Origin: Tubiluchus corallicola
Taxonomy: Eukaryota; Animalia; Priapulida
Direction: 5' to 3'
Length of the DNA stretch: 64,000 bases
Assembly: GCA_030141605.1 (NCBI GenBank)
Contig: JAQGDQ010002369.1
Coordinates: 809,889 to 873,888 of the forward strand
The notes under the pieces are model-generated. The model was not told the DNA's origin, did no database searches, and saw nothing but the letters and a program-made list of their open reading frames with translations. This document shows positions 39,820 to 49,319 of the stretch, piece by piece. Numbering within the stretch: the first letter of the stretch is position 1; each line of letters opens with the position of its first letter. The translations under genes were made by a program, and so were the position numbers.

Positions 39820-40755
39820 TCAACTACCTACTGTGAGAACTGCCTTTGGCAGGCCAAAGACTACATTTTCTTCTTTATAAACGATCTCTTCTACTTCACT
39901 CACTCCTAAACTCATTAGTCGCTCAATGCAATTTTGAACCACGTGCTCAGGAGTAGAAGCTCCTGCGGTCAATCCAATGGTTTCGACTTCTTTCAACCAT
40001 TCCGATTTGATCTCATTTTCATCATTAATCAGATGGGCTGCCACTCCCCTTCTCTCGGCAACTTCCCGAAGCCGGTTAGAATTAGAGCTGGATGGATCCC
40101 CAACAACGAGGCAAAGATCAGTCTCATCTGTGATTTCACGAAGGGCCATCTGCCGATTGGTTGTGGCATAACAGATCGAAGAAGAAGGTAGAGTTTCTAT
40201 TTGAGGATACTTCTTTATAAGAGCATCAGTGATTTCTTTCACATCATCGAGGCTCAAAGTTGTCTGAGTGATGTAAAAAAGTTTTTGATTCGGTGGGAAA
40301 TTGAGTTTAGTAACATCATCTGCGGATTCTACAATGGTGGTGACATCAGGAGCCTCGCCCGCTGTTCCAATGATTTCTACGTGCTTTCGATGTCCAATGA
40401 GAATGATTTGATATCCCTTCTCAGCATACCGTTTGGATGCTGAATGGACTTTCGTGACCAAACCGCACGTCGCGTCAATCTCAATAAGTTTTCGCTCTGC
40501 TGCGTTTTTCCTGACTGTTGGAGAAACTCCGTGGGCTGAATAGATCAGTCTGGCCCCTAAGGGAACTTCATCGAGATCTTCGATAAATATAGCACCTTTT
40601 TCTCTTAATGCATTCACTACATGTCGGTTATGAACAATCTCATGCTTCACATAGATAGGAGCGCCCCAAAGCTTGAGAGCTTTCTCCACTGTCTCAATCG
40701 CACGATCTACTCCCGCACAAAATCCTCTAGGCTTGGAAAGTAAAAGTTTCATCAA
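39820..40755 (-). CDS. ispH: 4-hydroxy-3-methylbut-2-enyl diphosphate reductase
   Basis: PRGFCAGV, IVHN, SAHG, DATC, ICYATTNRQ, SSNS and TAGASTP. Confidence 0.97.
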   Translation of the reverse strand: MMKLLLSKPRGFCAGVDRAIETVEKALKLWGAPIYVKHEIVHNRHVVNALREKGAIFIEDLDEVPLGARLIYSAHGVSPTVRKNAAERKLIEIDATCGLVTKVHSASKRYAEKGYQIILIGHRKHVEIIGTAGEAPDVTTIVESADDVTKLNFPPNQKLFYITQTTLSLDDVKEITDALIKKYPQIETLPSSSICYATTNRQMALREITDETDLCLVVGDPSSSNSNRLREVAERRGVAAHLINDENEIKSEWLKEVETIGLTAGASTPEHVVQNCIERLMSLGVSEVEEIVYKEENVVFGLPKAVLTVGS

Positions 40756-40827
40756 CTATCCCTCATTTTGTGAAAAGGATAGCATGGATTTTAATTTTAT
40801 TGATAAAAAAAAGTCGAAGAATCAGTT

Positions 40828-42738
40828 TCAGGAAACGTCTGAGGCACAACGGAATCCATACGTTCCATTCACAGCGCCTGGATTATTACGGTGGCGGTGG
40901 GAACAACGAAGGTCTTCCTTAAGGCTTTTCCAGCAGCCCCCTCTCAGAACCCGATAGACGCCTTGAGGCGGCCCTTTTGGATTGTCAGGCTCCTGGATGG
41001 AAGTATCATAATAATTATAAGCATACCAGTCTAGGCACCACTCATAGACATTTCCAGGGACATCGTAAAGACCGTAGGAATTTGGCGGATAGCTCATTAC
41101 AGAAGTGGTATCGGAACTAAAGAAATTAGCCTGGGAACGCTCAATGGACTCTCCGGTAGGGAAGAGAGCATCTTCCAGCCCACCGCAAGCTGCGATTTCC
41201 CACTCAGCCTCTGTGGGAAGTCTTTTGCCAACCCACTTGGCATACGCAACAGCTCCATACCAAGTGACCCCGACTACAGGATGTTTACTATATCCAGATT
41301 CAATGATCAGCTTTCCCCCGCTCCTTTTGACACGAGAATCTCTTAGGCGAATGATATCATTGTTATTGCTGTCCTTTTCTCCACCCATTGCAAGTAAGAA
41401 CCGGACGAACTGTTCATTCGTAATGGGATGGACATCAATGGCAAAACTGGGAATGGATATATCGTGCCTGGGCATTTCATCCCTTGCTCCATTATTGCTT
41501 CCACGAGTATAAGTTCCACCCGCTATCACCACCATTTCTGAATGGATTGGTTCTACTTCTCTGATCTCAACTTTTTTCGGCTCGTATCGAGAAACAGACA
41601 TCTCTCTTTGAAAGATCGCTCCAGGATCAGGTTCGTATTGGGGACGGGAAATTTCCCGGGGCTTTATAAGTGGTTTTAGATCTTCGAGTGACTTTGCCTC
41701 AGAGGAAGAAAATGCGAATTCTTTTTCTTCGACCGGAGTATCTGTAGCATTCGATGCAGCTTGTGCTTGAGAAAACTCGAAGGACATCTGCATCGTATTC
41801 TCAACTGTCTGTTCCAAGTCTTTCCAACCCACTTTTTCCATCACATCCTTCATCAAAACCTCTTCCATTGTTTGAATGAGGTTGGATGGTCTTTTCAAAG
41901 ACTCCGCCTGAAGGCATCGATAAATCAAATGATCCCAATTGAGTTTGTATTCCTGACGGAATTGAGAAGGAAGGGCAAAGCATCCTTCGGGAAACTTTTG
42001 GGTGATCATAAAATAGGCGAGAACGCCAAAAGAATAGATATCGCATTTATAATCGATTGATCCTAATCCCCCGATCGATTTTTGTTCGGGAGATAGAAAC
42101 GAATAGTTTCTCAGAAATGAGCGGAGCTGGTTCCAGGATTTTTCATCATCAACTCCATCTGGATCGATGTTGAGTGCTTCTTCAACATTTTCACAAAGCT
42201 TGGATAATACCTTTTCCTCACCAATCATTCGGCTCAAACCAAAATCAGTCAGGTAAACCCGGATTCCTTTATCGCTTTTGCCGATCAAAATATTGGAAAG
42301 TTTCATTCCTCCATGAAAAAGGAACGCGTCGTCTGTGAAGCGTACTTGGTGGGCATGATCCAGGGCTGAGGCAATTTGCCGTAAAATCGTCTCGCATTCC
42401 AATTCAGTCAATGTCTTGCCGCGAAGTTCCAAAAATCGGTCGAGATTCATCGTTTCATCTTGAGAGTCGACGATAGGGTCCATAGTGACGAAATATCTTC
42501 CTTCAAACGAAGAAATGTTATGGATCTTCACAATCGAAGGATGATCTAGTGTAGCCAATGTTGCGATGTCTTTTTCAAACCGGCCCATAGCATCAGGATC
42601 GGAAAAAAGCTCACGAGGAAGAATTTTTAATGCATATTTCTTTTTAAGAAATCGATGTTCAGCAAGATAAACAGAACCAAAAGAACTTTGACCTAGTTCT
42701 TTTAGGATCGTATAATCTCCAAAATTCTCTGTGTTCAT
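40828..42738 (-). CDS. pkn1: Chlamydial Pkn1-type Ser/Thr kinase fused to an FGE/SUMF1 domain
   Basis: Kinase motifs LGQSSFG, ALK, TDFG and SPEQ; C-terminal RLPTEAEWE, GNVYEW, RVLRGG and GFRC. Confidence 0.9.
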   Translation of the reverse strand: MNTENFGDYTILKELGQSSFGSVYLAEHRFLKKKYALKILPRELFSDPDAMGRFEKDIATLATLDHPSIVKIHNISSFEGRYFVTMDPIVDSQDETMNLDRFLELRGKTLTELECETILRQIASALDHAHQVRFTDDAFLFHGGMKLSNILIGKSDKGIRVYLTDFGLSRMIGEEKVLSKLCENVEEALNIDPDGVDDEKSWNQLRSFLRNYSFLSPEQKSIGGLGSIDYKCDIYSFGVLAYFMITQKFPEGCFALPSQFRQEYKLNWDHLIYRCLQAESLKRPSNLIQTMEEVLMKDVMEKVGWKDLEQTVENTMQMSFEFSQAQAASNATDTPVEEKEFAFSSSEAKSLEDLKPLIKPREISRPQYEPDPGAIFQREMSVSRYEPKKVEIREVEPIHSEMVVIAGGTYTRGSNNGARDEMPRHDISIPSFAIDVHPITNEQFVRFLLAMGGEKDSNNNDIIRLRDSRVKRSGGKLIIESGYSKHPVVGVTWYGAVAYAKWVGKRLPTEAEWEIAACGGLEDALFPTGESIERSQANFFSSDTTSVMSYPPNSYGLYDVPGNVYEWCLDWYAYNYYDTSIQEPDNPKGPPQGVYRVLRGGCWKSLKEDLRCSHRHRNNPGAVNGTYGFRCASDVS

Positions 42739-42870
42739 ACTATAGAAGATTCCTGTTCTATCGAATCATAATGAGATGGGTTCATTTTTTCAAGCGCCGT
42801 GAAACGATTCATTTTTCATACGAACCTATTTCAAAATAGGTATCCCTCGATTTTAGGGCTAGGTTGAAGA

Positions 42871-43830
42871 TTATGAAAGTTTAGGCTCCACTTTTTCCTG
42901 ATGGATTTTTTGTAAAAGAGCAAAGAGGAAAAAACCAAAGCCCATAACAAGAAGGCTAAAGCCAAACTCATATCGAGACAGCGTATGACCGGAAATAAGA
43001 GATTCCCCAAAAGGCCAGATGGCAGGAATAGATCCAATCATAAACCCGACTAAATGAGCGAGTACCCAAACACGCCAGCGGGACATCATCCAAAGGATCA
43101 ATCTTGAAAATAGAGCCATTCCTATTAATATCCCCACTCCTAAATTCCCAAGGAATAATGACGCACCAGTATCAAAAGACAGAGTAATGAGCGACTGGGA
43201 AAAAATTTTCAACGATTCGATCATAGGAAGATACATACCGAACATCAGAAGGATAAAACTTTCCGAAATTCCCGGAAGCAGCATAGCCCAGATTGCCAAC
43301 ATTCCTGAAAAAAATACGTAGGGCTGAAAGAAGGATGTGGAGGGAGTGTAAAGATTCCACTGCGCTCCTTTAAAAATAATTCCCCACAGTAATAGTGAGA
43401 TAAAAACTCCAGACATCAAAGAAAACCAGTGGGAAATTTCCCATCGTCTGACTTTCATAATAATGGAACGGATGCTAGCAAAGATCAGTCCTAGAAAAAA
43501 GGAATAGAGAAAGGTCTTGTACAAAGGTTCCATCGACAGGAAATGAACCAAATGGGAAAAAAGCAGGACTGAAACAGCAAACCCCCAAAGAAGAAGGCTT
43601 AAAAACTGCCAGGAAACTTTTTGAAAAAAGGCTCGAAACTGAAAACGAAAAAGAAGCTTGAATGCATCAACATTAAAACTTCGAATGCCATGCAATAAAG
43701 GATCATAAATACCGAGCAGGAAAGCGATGGTTCCTCCAGAGATACCGGGAATAAGATCAGCAATTCCCTTTAGAGCTCCATCGAAAATAATCTGTGATTT
43801 AGAAAGAGTCCTTCGACAAGACTCTTCCAT
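42871..43830 (-). CDS. DUF368-family membrane protein (undecaprenyl-phosphate translocase family)
   Basis: Duplicated re-entrant motifs GIADLIPGISGGTIA and AMLLPGISESF; start overlaps the rodZ-like stop. Confidence 0.88.
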   Translation of the reverse strand: MEESCRRTLSKSQIIFDGALKGIADLIPGISGGTIAFLLGIYDPLLHGIRSFNVDAFKLLFRFQFRAFFQKVSWQFLSLLLWGFAVSVLLFSHLVHFLSMEPLYKTFLYSFFLGLIFASIRSIIMKVRRWEISHWFSLMSGVFISLLLWGIIFKGAQWNLYTPSTSFFQPYVFFSGMLAIWAMLLPGISESFILLMFGMYLPMIESLKIFSQSLITLSFDTGASLFLGNLGVGILIGMALFSRLILWMMSRWRVWVLAHLVGFMIGSIPAIWPFGESLISGHTLSRYEFGFSLLVMGFGFFLFALLQKIHQEKVEPKLS

Positions 43831-44237
43831 TAAAGCACTCCGACCAACTTCGCAAAATACCAAGCTGCAATCAGAACGCCGATGCCAATAGCTCCCCAAA
43901 CGAGATGGGGAATGGAACGGACTCCGCCTGAAGGATTCCCTCGAGATTCCAATGTACCGATCCCATAAGAAAACTCCTGCTGCGGCCGTGGCATTTTAAA
44001 TGCCTCTGGATGTTCCTGGATCAGTTTGTCTCCATCGATCCCCAAAAATGTGGCATACTGACGGATGAATCCCAAAGCATAGACAGGAGAAAGAAATTGA
44101 GAGATATGTCCCTCTTCTATCGCTTGCAGATATGTTTGTCGAATCGAGGTTGCGTTTTCGATCTCTTTCAAAGAAAGACTCATTTCTTCTCTTTTTACAC
44201 GGAACATTTCACCAATGCGTTTCAATTCTTCGCTCAT
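43830..44237 (-). CDS. rodZ: RodZ-like HTH membrane protein (chlamydial CT009-like)
   Basis: Xre-type HTH (YLQAIEEG...YALGFIRQYA.FLGI) followed by one C-terminal TM helix; divergent from rnhC. Confidence 0.8.
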   Translation of the reverse strand: MSEELKRIGEMFRVKREEMSLSLKEIENATSIRQTYLQAIEEGHISQFLSPVYALGFIRQYATFLGIDGDKLIQEHPEAFKMPRPQQEFSYGIGTLESRGNPSGGVRSIPHLVWGAIGIGVLIAAWYFAKLVGVL

Positions 44238-44357
44238 ATCATACTCCAAAATTGAAATTTCAATCCTATCTCTCAGAGTCATTTCTTTCAATCAAGAACC
44301 TCTCTACTTATTTCATTCTTGAGGTTTATCGATTCATTTTTCTAAAATACCACCCAG

Positions 44358-45272
44358 ATGAATGCAAAATCTTCCAACAATCGTCCTGCCTGCTTTTCTA
44401 CAAAAATAGATTTGAAACTCGCTTCGAAACTTGAAAGTGATCTTCAAAATCAAGGGTTTACCCTATCGAAGCCCGCATACACGGTTTTCCAGGCCAAAAA
44501 GAAAAACATTTCTTGTACCCTCTACGAGTCGGGAGCGCTTACCGTTCAGGGAAAAGACAAAGATGAATTCATCGAATTTTATTTAGAACCTGAAATCCTT
44601 CAAACTTTTTATTACTCCCATGGCGATCTGCATTTAAATCTGGAGCCCCGAATCGGTGTAGATGAGGCTGGGAAGGGTGATTTTTTTGGCCCTCTGTGCG
44701 TCACTGCTCTTTATGCTGATGAAGCAGGTGTTAAAAAACTTTATGAAATGGGCGTAAAAGACAGCAAAAGAATGGCAGACAAGACTGTTTTGAAGTTGGC
44801 GGACAAAATTCGGAAAGATTTTCTCCACGTTACTATTCGGATATCTCCGCAAAAATACAATGAACTCTATCAGAACTTCCATAACTTGAACCGGCTTCTC
44901 GGCTGGGGGCATGCAACAGCTATCGTGGACCTGGCACGAAAAACTTCCTGCCACAAAATAGTGATCGATCAGTTTGCTGATGAATCCGTTGTCGAAAATG
45001 CAGTTGCCAGAAAGAACATGACCCTTAATCTCGAACAAAGACCAAGAGCTGAAGAAGACCTTGTCGTTGCAGCTGCTTCCATTTGCGCACGAGCATCCTT
45101 TCTGGAAGGCTTGGCAAACCTGTCAAAGGAAATTGATTTCTCTCTTCCTAAAGGAGCATCCAGCCTTGTCATTACCGCAGGAAAAAAAATCGTTCGCCAA
45201 TTTGGAGAAGATATGTTAAAGCGACTATCAAAGGCCCACTTCAAAACATATGCTCAAGTACTGGAAGGCTAG
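44358..45272 (+). CDS. rnhC: Ribonuclease HIII
   Basis: N-terminal TBP-like domain (TLYESG.LTVQG), IGVDEAGKGDFFGP, DSK, IDQF and VAAASI.AR. Confidence 0.95.
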   Translation: MNAKSSNNRPACFSTKIDLKLASKLESDLQNQGFTLSKPAYTVFQAKKKNISCTLYESGALTVQGKDKDEFIEFYLEPEILQTFYYSHGDLHLNLEPRIGVDEAGKGDFFGPLCVTALYADEAGVKKLYEMGVKDSKRMADKTVLKLADKIRKDFLHVTIRISPQKYNELYQNFHNLNRLLGWGHATAIVDLARKTSCHKIVIDQFADESVVENAVARKNMTLNLEQRPRAEEDLVVAAASICARASFLEGLANLSKEIDFSLPKGASSLVITAGKKIVRQFGEDMLKRLSKAHFKTYAQVLEG

Positions 45273-46140
45273 ATATTTTCTCTTCCTCACTCCATGTATA
45301 CTTGTATCTTATCATCAAACACCAGTAATGCCTCCTCTCCCTTGTTCATTAAGAGCTACGGCAGATTATGTCATCATTGACAAAGCAAAGCTCAAATCAC
45401 CCGCACGGGGTCAAAAATTCGATATTCAAAGCGGCTTTTACAATCTTTTCTATGTTTACTATTTCAATGAGAAAAATTCGTTAACTCCGGGCGTGGCTTA
45501 CTCTCACTTCCGGTTCGGATGGGATGAAAATCCTTTCTTCTCACAAAAGAATTTCCGCAATGTGCAATTTTCTCTTTCCTATTTAACAAGATCCCTTGAG
45601 AACTGGATGTGGATTGCAGGGGTAACGTGGAGCCAGGATCTGAACCATTTCTCTAATTGGGGACAGTATGGTCTTCTCACAGCTGTGCTTTGGGGAAGAG
45701 GATACATCCGACCCGATTTCCATATTCATGGCGGCGCGGTTGGCTATCGAGGACTTAAAGGGGGAAAAATCCTTCCGATTTTTGGGATCGATTGGATCAT
45801 TACTCCCAAATGGGTTGTGAACGCCATTTTTCCCTACATATATTCGATTACCTATTACCTCGATGACAATTGGGCCTTCATGTTTAAAGGAAGTCCGTTT
45901 TCGGGAAGATATCGTGCAAAAGAAGACGAACCACAGCCGAAAAGCATTTTTCGCTACCGCTCATTTGGAATCGACATGAATGTCTATTTCCGCATTAAAA
46001 ACTACTTTGCATTCCGTCTCTATTGGGGATACAACTTTGGCGGCGAGCTCTATATCAAAAACCGAAAAGGAAAGAATGCAAACTATTTCAAATTCAAGGA
46101 TGCGCCTTACATAGGCGTCAATGCAGGAATAGCTTTTTAA
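45250..46140 (+). CDS. Outer-membrane beta-barrel protein (position matches chlamydial CT007-like genes)
   Basis: Aromatic-rich alternating beta strands and terminal Phe (YIGVNAGIAF); overlaps the rnhC stop. Confidence 0.7.
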   Translation: MLKYWKARYFLFLTPCILVSYHQTPVMPPLPCSLRATADYVIIDKAKLKSPARGQKFDIQSGFYNLFYVYYFNEKNSLTPGVAYSHFRFGWDENPFFSQKNFRNVQFSLSYLTRSLENWMWIAGVTWSQDLNHFSNWGQYGLLTAVLWGRGYIRPDFHIHGGAVGYRGLKGGKILPIFGIDWIITPKWVVNAIFPYIYSITYYLDDNWAFMFKGSPFSGRYRAKEDEPQPKSIFRYRSFGIDMNVYFRIKNYFAFRLYWGYNFGGELYIKNRKGKNANYFKFKDAPYIGVNAGIAF

Positions 46141-46203
46141 AATGGCAACATAGGGACAATTCTTCTAGTTTTTTGCCTCATGTTTTAAAATCAGCTATGT
46201 CAG

Positions 46204-47201
46204 CTACCCGAAAATCTCGAATCTACCAAGGAGTCTTTGAACAAAGCTATCTTGACCATAACTGTCCTCTACTTGAACAGAACATTCTCTTTGGATCGAT
46301 GTGTTGGTTCTTCTTAACATTTGGAGAGTTTTATTCATTTCGGAAAGATCGAAAGAAGAGCTTGCAGCTTGCATAATTCTTTCCACTTCTTCGGCAGCAG
46401 AAGATCTACTTGCATCACGGATAGTCCCCTTGAGTAAGGATTGAATGAGCATATTGTGAAATTTCAACTCATGATTTTTTTCAGATTTAAATTTAGGATC
46501 AACAACTCGTTTGTCTTCTAAATTTCTACATGCAATAAGGAGAGCCTGGCTCCTGTCTTCATCAGAGACATCTCCTGACCTGAGTAATTCCCGAATTATA
46601 ATTCGGAGCTTTCTTACGTTATTAGTCCTAATCCTTTGTATAGTTATACCTCCTGGTGTAGTTACATATCCTTCAATTTGTAATTTCCTACATGCGATAA
46701 GAAGAGCGTAGCCTCGGTCTTTATCAGAGATTTTGCCTGAATCGAGTAACTTTGCAATAATAGACGGATATACCCTTGGATGCTTCGTTATTGCTGTTAA
46801 TACGACTTTACCGAGATGTTCATCAGAGATTTTACCTGAATTGAGCAAAATCTCAATCATTGTAACAAAGGGGAAAGAACTAGAAAGGTGGCATTTAATG
46901 GCTTCAGTATCTCCTTCTTTCGCTGCAGATATAAATTCCTGCCTTTTATCACTAGTGAGATCTATACGGAAATTGAGTGGTAAACGACACATAGGGCAGG
47001 TAATTTGCATGTTGTTCTCCCTATTCCGATCGGCCCATCGAAAGAGGCAGCTTTTATGAAACAAATGAGGTATTCCTCTCTCTTGCTGAACAGCATAATC
47101 ATGAGCATTCTGCAAGGGACTGTCATTTGAACTATCCATACAGATTGCGCAGTTTTGTAAATCTAGATTAATAGGTATTATATTTTCTTCTTCCCTTTCA
47201 T
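46204..47201 (-). CDS. RING-finger protein 3 with ankyrin-like helical repeats; true start upstream of the called start at 47139
   Basis: In-frame upstream IIPINLDLQNCAIC supplies ligands 1-2, then H...HLFHKSC...W...CPMCR. Four LL.SG.ISD.DR..AL-type repeats follow. ATG 47201 joins if one A is added at 47183-47186. Confidence 0.75.
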
Positions 47202-47566
47202 GGAATTTTTAATAAAAACTATTATAAAAAAAACATATTTAAAAAATCAAACCATTATTAAACTAACCATTAGTCACTGATCTTCAATCACTTTCTTTAT
47301 TGAAAGAAAATTAAAATCTATATAAAAACAGAAAGAAAAGAGTATAGATAGCGATAATCTTTATTATCAGCAAGGAGAGTAAATATATAAATAGGCTATT
47401 AGTGCTCTCTAAGAAAATTACTCTATTCAAATCTAAAGAGAGCATTCAGGAAAGGGTATATCATTCAACTTCAAGAACTAAGATATTGCTGACCCTAGTG
47501 TTTTGCTATATTTGACCACGAGTAACCAATAATTATTCTAGATAGAATTATCGGCAAAATCTCTGA

Positions 47567-47605
47567 AGTTTTTCCCCGATTTCTTAAAGAAACCGGGAAA
47601 AAACT
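47567..47605. terminator. Probable bidirectional intrinsic terminator downstream of RING gene 4
   Basis: AGTTTTTCCCCGATTTCT-TAA-AGAAACCGGGAAAAAACT inverted repeat with T and A tracts, 14 bp after the stop. Confidence 0.7.
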
Positions 47606-47619
47606 GACTTAACGAGTGC

Positions 47620-48174
47620 TTACTCGACAAATGTATTGTCGATAAACTCTTCAGCAGTCTGCTCGCCCATGTAGCCGACTAAACCTCCCAGTATTCCTCC
47701 CATTGCAGTTGTAAGAGCTCCTGCAATTGGAGTAAGCACCGCTTCTCCTATTTGACCTAACCTATTGGTATTTACCTCATCTTCATCTTCAGGTGTATTC
47801 TGATAAATCCAAAAAAATGCTCCAGCTGTTGCAGCCGCCCCTAAAACAGTACCCCCTATTGTCAATGCTCTTCCTGCGGTTCGTATGGCCTCAGAATAAT
47901 TAGTCACAAATTTTTCCCTTAGAGTAGGTTCGGTCTTGAACGAAAGAAGATCTATTTCTTTCCTACATAATGGACAATTTCTAGTTGAATTAGGACGGGA
48001 AAACCAGCGTTTTAGACAGTCTTTATGAAATTGATGGCTGACTGTATCACTCACTTTATGCGATACAACTTCTTGATTTTCGTCATTCTCGGGATCTTCT
48101 AAGCCCTGATAACATATACTACATTCAAAACTTGGATCTGGGCTTACAGTTGAAAAAACAATCTTATTACTCAT
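47620..48174 (-). CDS. RING-finger protein 4 with C-terminal two-TM (Inc-like) anchor
   Basis: CSIC...HKVSDTVSHQFHKDCLKRW...CPLCR, followed by two Gly/Ala-rich hydrophobic helices. Confidence 0.88.
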   Translation of the reverse strand: MSNKIVFSTVSPDPSFECSICYQGLEDPENDENQEVVSHKVSDTVSHQFHKDCLKRWFSRPNSTRNCPLCRKEIDLLSFKTEPTLREKFVTNYSEAIRTAGRALTIGGTVLGAAATAGAFFWIYQNTPEDEDEVNTNRLGQIGEAVLTPIAGALTTAMGGILGGLVGYMGEQTAEEFIDNTFVE

Positions 48175-48729
48175 AATTTTACTCTTCTTTTTTTTATTAA
48201 GCTTAACCCCCAAAGTCCTTTATAACTGTACAGTTTGTTTATTATAAACAAACCCAACTTAATTAAGCAATTACAAAACAAACAACCTACAGTCATTTTT
48301 TCTAATCTAAAGACAACTGAATTATAACGAATACTAGAAAGGAAAAGAGCTAAGAGAACGCACGTATAGGACCACTACAAGATACTTTGCTATGACTGCA
48401 ATATCCAGGGACACAGCCCCCCCCAAGAGGGATTAGAATTAGCTGAAAGAACTTCGCTTACACAAGATAGGGAACATCTTAAACCTTCAATTTCCCAAAA
48501 AAGATTAATTCTATCCCTAATAGCACAATTGACCTATGAATACTGTTTAAATGGAATGACCTTATTAACCTATAAGTAAAAATGAATATAAATAAAATAA
48601 TTGCTCGTTTTTATCGATTAAACAATGGAAATAAAAATCAATGCATAGCTGGCTTTTTAATCTATAAAGAGCGATCGATCGAGAATGTATCGAGAGAGAC
48701 ACCCCCGATCGCCGCCCAAAAAAATCAAT

Positions 48730-49287
48730 TTAGCGCACTAGATGGAAAGAACTGATGAACTTGTGATAGAGTTCTTCCATATAGCTGCTCTCCTCTGCCT
48801 CGACTGCAATCAGATAGAGCTTATTGTCAGCAATCAATATTCTGCCTTTAAAAAGCTTTCCTTGCTCCTGGATGAAAAATTCCATTCCCTTATGGCCTTC
48901 TATCTCGAGAAAGTCCGCAAAGATCAGCTCTTTACTCCCCTTTCCCAAAATCCCATTGAGAAAACTCTCCAGGCTCAATTCAGCCTTCGATTCGTCGATC
49001 GCCATTGGATATTTGGCGATGAGCATCATGTAGATCTGTTTTGGATGCCCCATTGATACATAGGCATCATACTGGACTGAAGCCTCATCTCTCTGCATCT
49101 GGAGATTTTCCTTCATGTGATGAGGCGTACTTGGAAACGCTACAACACATCCGCCTGAAAGAGAATGAAACATGCGCCACGGACTATTGTCCTCAGCAGC
49201 ATGAAGTTCCTTCAAACACAGAAGCCCCATGAACAGGGCGCATAGAAATAGGCAGAAGCCAAAATTCACCCCTCTTTTGAAATACAT
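48730..49287 (-). CDS. Secreted/periplasmic hypothetical protein
   Basis: Signal peptide ending LHA-A; RBS GGGGAAGG; C-terminal KFISSFHLV. Confidence 0.7.
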   Translation of the reverse strand: MYFKRGVNFGFCLFLCALFMGLLCLKELHAAEDNSPWRMFHSLSGGCVVAFPSTPHHMKENLQMQRDEASVQYDAYVSMGHPKQIYMMLIAKYPMAIDESKAELSLESFLNGILGKGSKELIFADFLEIEGHKGMEFFIQEQGKLFKGRILIADNKLYLIAVEAEESSYMEELYHKFISSFHLVR

Positions 49288-49319
49288 CCTTCCCCCCTTT
49301 TGAAAACCCATTAAGGGTT

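Noticed and set aside
40828-42738. Kinase-FGE fusion with altered catalytic loop (HGGMK) as a novel protein
   Set aside because: The architecture is the known chlamydial Pkn1 type.
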